From a virus: a DNA stretch of 64,000 nt. Below the pieces are notes generated by a model, which did not search any database, was not told where the DNA came from, and worked only from the letters and a program-made list of their open reading frames with translations. The stretch is from positions 9,130 through 73,129 of the IMG/VR virus record IMGVR_UViG_3300029998_000020; one strand, written 5' to 3'. The position numbers were made by a program, and so were the translations under genes. Position 1 is the stretch's first letter; each line of letters opens with the position of its first letter. Shown here in pieces: positions 59,060-64,000 of the stretch.

Positions 59060-61693
59060 TTACACTCTTATCAAACGAAGAGGACAACCAAAAGTTTTTA
59101 ACACTGCAATAGTAGCATTCGTATTAGAATTATAATTTAAATCCATAGCACCACCATTTATAGAAGCAGTTTCAAAAATAGTCCAAATTAATGATCTGTT
59201 ATTTAGTGCTTGATTATTAGATGCCCTATAGCCAGTGCCTAATGCACTAAAACCACTACTATTATCAGCATTCGTATTTGGAGTTAACCAATAAGTTAGT
59301 CCTTCTTTCTTTAGTTTTCCACCTACAACACCAATTCCACCTAAATAAGTACTAAGAGTATTATAATTAGCTATATCTGGAACTTTCCAACCCCAAGGAG
59401 TTGATGGATTAGCAGCATTATAGTAATCTATGTCCATTTGTAATAATTTAACAGCAAACCAATTATATAATTTACCGTATACAGCTCCAATAGCAGCATC
59501 ATTATTATAATAACACCACATAGCTGCTGCTTTAACTGCTGCATAAGTTTTCTGTTCTACTGTGCCTGTGGTTTGTGCATAAATAGCATCATACAATTCT
59601 TGGGAATTTGACCAACCAACTTCTTGGAGAGATATATTATCTATAGAACCTAAAAATCCACTGGTACTATTTATACCTATACTAGTAGATGTAGAAGTAA
59701 CGTATAGATATCCAGTATATATACCAATACTTGTCTTTAAACCAGTAGGACTACCAAATAAAAGTTGAACATTTCCACTAATTATATTCTTTATTTCGTA
59801 TGAGTACTTATACCAAGTATTAATTTTAATTACCATGCCTTGATAGATATAAATTCCATTTGTTGCTGAATCAATATCTATAAATCCTGATGTATTCCAA
59901 GTAGCAATACCCCCATTTAATATCCAATTATTTAAGTTAGTATCAAATCCTCCATTAACAACTTTTTCAACACTTACATTAGGTTGAACATTATTAATCA
60001 AATTACCCCGTGGTGTACATGTCATCTCACAATTAGAAGATTGCCATTGTTGAGTACCAATCGTTACATTAGGTATTTCAGGATATAAATTCTTAATAAA
60101 ATTTGACTCTGCTAAAACTTGCGTAGATGTTAATGCTTGTGAACGTATAATATGAGCTGCTATAGAACCTTTAAATGGCGTTTGATTAGTAATAGCCGTC
60201 ATCAAACAACTAAAATTAATAGAAGTTATAACTATTGGTAAAGTTTCAAATAATGTACCATTAATATAAATATCTAGTGTATTATCACCTTTAGCAACTA
60301 TAGTAATTATTGTATTTTTACCTATTAGAAAATCAACCTTTTTTAATGTTGCTGTTACTTGGGACAGTGTATTTCTTATCTTTAAAGTTCCTGATAAATT
60401 ATCAAATCCAAACAAACTTCCACTACTACTATTGTCACTAGCATAAAAATTGGAAGTAGGTTCCCTTGATGTTGTAACATTAACTAAAGTAGTCATACTC
60501 CAAGCATCCGTAGCGGAAAAACTAATTATTGGATGAATTAAATAATTCTGAGATCCGCTAGGATTCTTAATATATGGATTTTCATTTGGAGCAATAGTTC
60601 CAAGATAAAATGGATATGAAGAACCCCCAACACTAGATAAATCTAAAGGATCACCTGATAATACTTCTTTAATTGATACATTATCGATACTTAAAGTAGT
60701 AGTTCCAACAGCCATTAACCATAATGTTATGCTTGTAGCTACAAAAACCTCTGAAAATATACCATTAGTTTTTCTTTGCGTTCCTACTCCAGTACTCGAA
60801 TTTAACAGAATAGCACCTAATACATAATTAGAAATTTCAAATACTAATTTATATTGTTTTCCAACAGTTAATATAGTACTCTGAGTTATATTTATTCCTG
60901 ATGCTACGTTTAAAAAATTAGCAGTTCCTCCACTAATAGTAATACCTGCTCCTTTACTCCAAACTGTATCAGTATCAAATCCACCGTTAACGACTTTTTC
61001 AACAGTATCTAAAACCTCTGTTCCTTGTGAAGTAATAGAGTAAAGTTTTTTAATATTATTTGATGTATTAGCAATACTCCCCCCAACACCAAGCCAACCC
61101 AGTTTAATAGAATCGTACATATTATTTAACTTACACATTTTAATGTAAGAAGTTGTATTAACTTCCAATAATTCCCTAACTGAAATATTTTTAAAACTTG
61201 CTGATAATCCTAAAGTTGTTGTACTTATAACAAACCCTATGTATAAAACAGTTGAAGTTGAAGTAAAAATCATTGACGTACTGGAACTTGAAAGTAAAGT
61301 GTTATTTACAATAAGATGACTTAATGAGGAGTTTAAAGAAATACGATAAACTGCACTTGTATCGCCATACAAAAAATCAAAAGATACCTTATACTTTTTT
61401 CCTACTTTAGTATTAAAGGCTTGATAGAAATAGCCATAATTATTTGAACCATTGGTAATTTTTAAATAACTTGCATCTAAACTTAAAATTGAGGCGTTAC
61501 CTGTAACCCACCCTTCTATACTACTTCCACCACCATTGGTTACTAACTCAGGTCCGAAATTAGTGTTATCCCCTAACACTCCACCATCCGCTACAACCCT
61601 ATCTTTATAGGTATTAAATAGAGATAATGCAGAATTATAAAAATTCCACATTACTCTACCTGCCATTGCTAGTTGTTCTCTAAATAAACTCAT
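59060..61693 (-). CDS. Tail/receptor-binding protein: carbohydrate-binding repeats, LamG-like domain, C-terminal Fib_succ_major (FISUMP)-like domain
   Basis: VEKVVNGGFDT repeats; YGKLYNWFAV, GWKVP, GGKLK..G...W..PN..A.N.SGFSAL. Confidence 0.75.
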   Translation of the reverse strand: MSLFREQLAMAGRVMWNFYNSALSLFNTYKDRVVADGGVLGDNTNFGPELVTNGGGSSIEGWVTGNASILSLDASYLKITNGSNNYGYFYQAFNTKVGKKYKVSFDFLYGDTSAVYRISLNSSLSHLIVNNTLLSSSSTSMIFTSTSTVLYIGFVISTTTLGLSASFKNISVRELLEVNTTSYIKMCKLNNMYDSIKLGWLGVGGSIANTSNNIKKLYSITSQGTEVLDTVEKVVNGGFDTDTVWSKGAGITISGGTANFLNVASGINITQSTILTVGKQYKLVFEISNYVLGAILLNSSTGVGTQRKTNGIFSEVFVATSITLWLMAVGTTTLSIDNVSIKEVLSGDPLDLSSVGGSSYPFYLGTIAPNENPYIKNPSGSQNYLIHPIISFSATDAWSMTTLVNVTTSREPTSNFYASDNSSSGSLFGFDNLSGTLKIRNTLSQVTATLKKVDFLIGKNTIITIVAKGDNTLDIYINGTLFETLPIVITSINFSCLMTAITNQTPFKGSIAAHIIRSQALTSTQVLAESNFIKNLYPEIPNVTIGTQQWQSSNCEMTCTPRGNLINNVQPNVSVEKVVNGGFDTNLNNWILNGGIATWNTSGFIDIDSATNGIYIYQGMVIKINTWYKYSYEIKNIISGNVQLLFGSPTGLKTSIGIYTGYLYVTSTSTSIGINSTSGFLGSIDNISLQEVGWSNSQELYDAIYAQTTGTVEQKTYAAVKAAAMWCYYNNDAAIGAVYGKLYNWFAVKLLQMDIDYYNAANPSTPWGWKVPDIANYNTLSTYLGGIGVVGGKLKKEGLTYWLTPNTNADNSSGFSALGTGYRASNNQALNNRSLIWTIFETASINGGAMDLNYNSNTNATIAVLKTFGCPLRLIRV

Positions 61694-61696
61694 AAA

Positions 61697-64000
61697 TTAC
61701 ATCCCCCACCATAAATAAATTTGTCCTGCACTACGTATCTCACATTGTAAATAATTAGTACTTAGTGGTACGTAGTCACTTTGTAATGCTCCATAAATCC
61801 AATTACTTGTATACCCACTAAATATAGAAGTTGCTAATGTTCCCCCTGTCATAATAACCTTAAAGGGTTTTTTGATAATTGGATTCATTATAGTAAGAGC
61901 TTGATTAGTTCCCATAGTAACAGAGAACTCCTCTCCTGTAGTCATATCTATATTGAATCCTGGTAGAGCTACTGTTGTTATCGGCTGATTATATAATCCA
62001 ACTATATTTCCATTGGCATCTACTTTAAACAAAGTTACCCATGTACCACTTCCTTTGGTGGCATTAGCTACAGTACACTTTTCAAACAATACAGTACTCA
62101 TTTGATTAGAGTGTCGTATGTCTCCTACTGCATCACCTACAGCTGTAGTTATTGATTGATATACATAACGGAGAGCTAAGTCGCGATAATTTCCTAATGT
62201 ATTATTATTTATCTCTATAATTCCAGTTGTATTTTTTTGGAATGACTGAGTAGAATCGGTCATAGACAACTTCGAATATATCATAACATTATTAGAAGTA
62301 TTTACATAAAAGGAGTTAATACCTGATGTAGGAGAAAAAAACATAGCGTTACCAGAACCATCAAATGAAAACCACTTGTTATATATCCCGAACCCAAATC
62401 CATTATAATTAATACTAAAAGGACTACCAACAGTGATTGAAGTTGCACTAATATAAGTAGCAATAATACGTTCCTCTGAATTGATTATAATTTTTGCTCC
62501 TATCATTGCAGCACTGAATGCCGTACCAATGCCAGTTATAGTAGTACCATTTGTTGAAATAGTTCCAGAAATAGTCCAAGGAGTAGTATGATAGATTATA
62601 CCACCATTTTGAGAAACAAACTTAGTTATTTGATCATTTGATACAGGTAATGTATTTGGATAAATTGTTTTGAATTTTAAACTAGCAGCATCCCAAACAG
62701 ATACTCCTTTGTCGATAGGAACCTCTTCACGAGTAGCTAAAGGTTGAGTACTTCCAACGTCTCCAACTCTTGCTATACCATTATTATCAAATACTAATAA
62801 TCCATCATTAACTCCATCATATAACTTAGCCCTTATACCAACTAACTGTCCTGGAGAAAGTCCTGCAACTGCTAAATCACGAAGTATTATCTCATTTTTA
62901 GTTGTTAATACTTGTTCTGCATGAGTTTCGTAAGAAGCACCTAATTGAGATATGTTCTCTACATGTAAGGTTCCAGCAGCATCCAATAAAACAGAGTGAG
63001 TACCATTAACAAGACTTGTTGGGTCTATTGAAATTAAGGTTGAATCTATTACTTTATTATCTCCATCAATACATAGATAGTGGTTTGTAAGGTCATCTGT
63101 TTGGAATACTCCGTCAGTCAGTCTACAATAATAATAAGTGCTACCAAAATAAGCTAAAGCCCCAAAATCACCCACACAATAAGAATACTTACTATTAACT
63201 CCATTACAAGAATCTACTCCACCAATACAATTAATATAAATACTATCAGGACCGTTAAAAACTTGACCAATACCTCTACAATTTATATGTATGTTATTTA
63301 CCCCATTAAAGGCATTCTCAAGAGCTTCACAATTTATATAAGTACAATTACTACCCCTAAAACCAGATTGTCCTGCCTTACAATTAATAAATTTAGCACC
63401 TAAAGGAGAGATGGTAGTGAAAGTATTATTTAGTTTATTTCCACAATTTTCGAATGAACCAGTTAATGACCCACCGCCAGCAAACATCTCTCTGTCTAAA
63501 CTATTTATATTCTTAAAAGTACCTGAATAAATTGAACTAGAATTAAATAGAGTACCGCCTATACTATTTATATTTTCAAAGATTCCAGAGAACTCCAAAG
63601 CACTATGAAAACTTTCAACACTAGTAACTTCAATATTTCTAAATACTCCAGACAATATAGCATCACTAGTGCCATATATTCTACCTTTACAATTCTCAAC
63701 CAACAAGCCTGGATAATTACCAGATACAAGTAATCCGTTGTGAACGAAATCAAGACCCCTTAATTTTATATTATCTGCCATTACTATACACCCACTGTGA
63801 CCTATTTTAACATCAGCTTGTCCAGTATCTGATACTAAATATATATAAGAAGTATCTAAAACTAATTGTGTGTCCATACCACAGAATCTAGCTTTTATTA
63901 AAATATAAATAGGACTATCAGAAGTAGGAGACATGGTTTTTGCTATATTATATACTGATTCTAATTCCAGACCATTATCAGAATTACTTTGTCCTCCAAA
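61697..64000 (-). CDS. Tail fibre-like protein with beta-helix repeats; 5' end beyond the window
   Basis: Frame stays open from 63934 to 64000; INC.G/NC.A repeats; ISTNGTTITG.GT fibre motif. Confidence 0.7.
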   Translation of the reverse strand, partial: FGGQSNSDNGLELESVYNIAKTMSPTSDSPIYILIKARFCGMDTQLVLDTSYIYLVSDTGQADVKIGHSGCIVMADNIKLRGLDFVHNGLLVSGNYPGLLVENCKGRIYGTSDAILSGVFRNIEVTSVESFHSALEFSGIFENINSIGGTLFNSSSIYSGTFKNINSLDREMFAGGGSLTGSFENCGNKLNNTFTTISPLGAKFINCKAGQSGFRGSNCTYINCEALENAFNGVNNIHINCRGIGQVFNGPDSIYINCIGGVDSCNGVNSKYSYCVGDFGALAYFGSTYYYCRLTDGVFQTDDLTNHYLCIDGDNKVIDSTLISIDPTSLVNGTHSVLLDAAGTLHVENISQLGASYETHAEQVLTTKNEIILRDLAVAGLSPGQLVGIRAKLYDGVNDGLLVFDNNGIARVGDVGSTQPLATREEVPIDKGVSVWDAASLKFKTIYPNTLPVSNDQITKFVSQNGGIIYHTTPWTISGTISTNGTTITGIGTAFSAAMIGAKIIINSEERIIATYISATSITVGSPFSINYNGFGFGIYNKWFSFDGSGNAMFFSPTSGINSFYVNTSNNVMIYSKLSMTDSTQSFQKNTTGIIEINNNTLGNYRDLALRYVYQSITTAVGDAVGDIRHSNQMSTVLFEKCTVANATKGSGTWVTLFKVDANGNIVGLYNQPITTVALPGFNIDMTTGEEFSVTMGTNQALTIMNPIIKKPFKVIMTGGTLATSIFSGYTSNWIYGALQSDYVPLSTNYLQCEIRSAGQIYLWWGM

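Noticed and set aside
59060-64000. Complete DGR
   Set aside because: No reverse transcriptase or template repeat in the window; kept only as a low-confidence target hypothesis.

Overview
Very AT-rich, gene-dense fragment of a large T4-like/jumbo bacteriophage genome in the standard genetic code. The host is probably Bacteroidota: there are many TTG-N18-20-TAnnTTTG promoters and A-rich, Shine-Dalgarno-less starts. About 1-26 kb is an array of small 'early' genes plus a radical SAM enzyme, a GH73 glucosaminidase, dnaK, an rtcB interrupted by a self-splicing group I intron carrying a LAGLIDADG endonuclease, and a DNA methyltransferase. About 26-38 kb holds 'late' genes behind a TAATATATA motif, many with an N-terminus resembling the T4 capsid-targeting sequence, plus a DHH phosphoesterase, DHFR and PhoH. 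About 38-64 kb holds a CDF transporter, a degenerate tRNA, the N-terminal half of a split family-B DNA polymerase, several free-standing homing endonucleases, a Gly-X-Ser collagen-like fibre beside four glycosyltransferases, an IPT/TIG repeat protein, a glutamine-dependent NAD synthetase and tail-fibre genes. The most striking unexplained pattern is that about 20 otherwise unrelated small proteins end in the same basic amphipathic motif, R-x-x-K-[LI]-x-x-[LI]. Three of them (two missed by the ORF track) appear to be short fragments of core phage proteins fused to this tag: PolB motif A, a major-capsid-like segment and a prohead-protease-like motif. This suggests a decoy or mimic system. All family assignments come from motifs recognised by eye; no searches were run.
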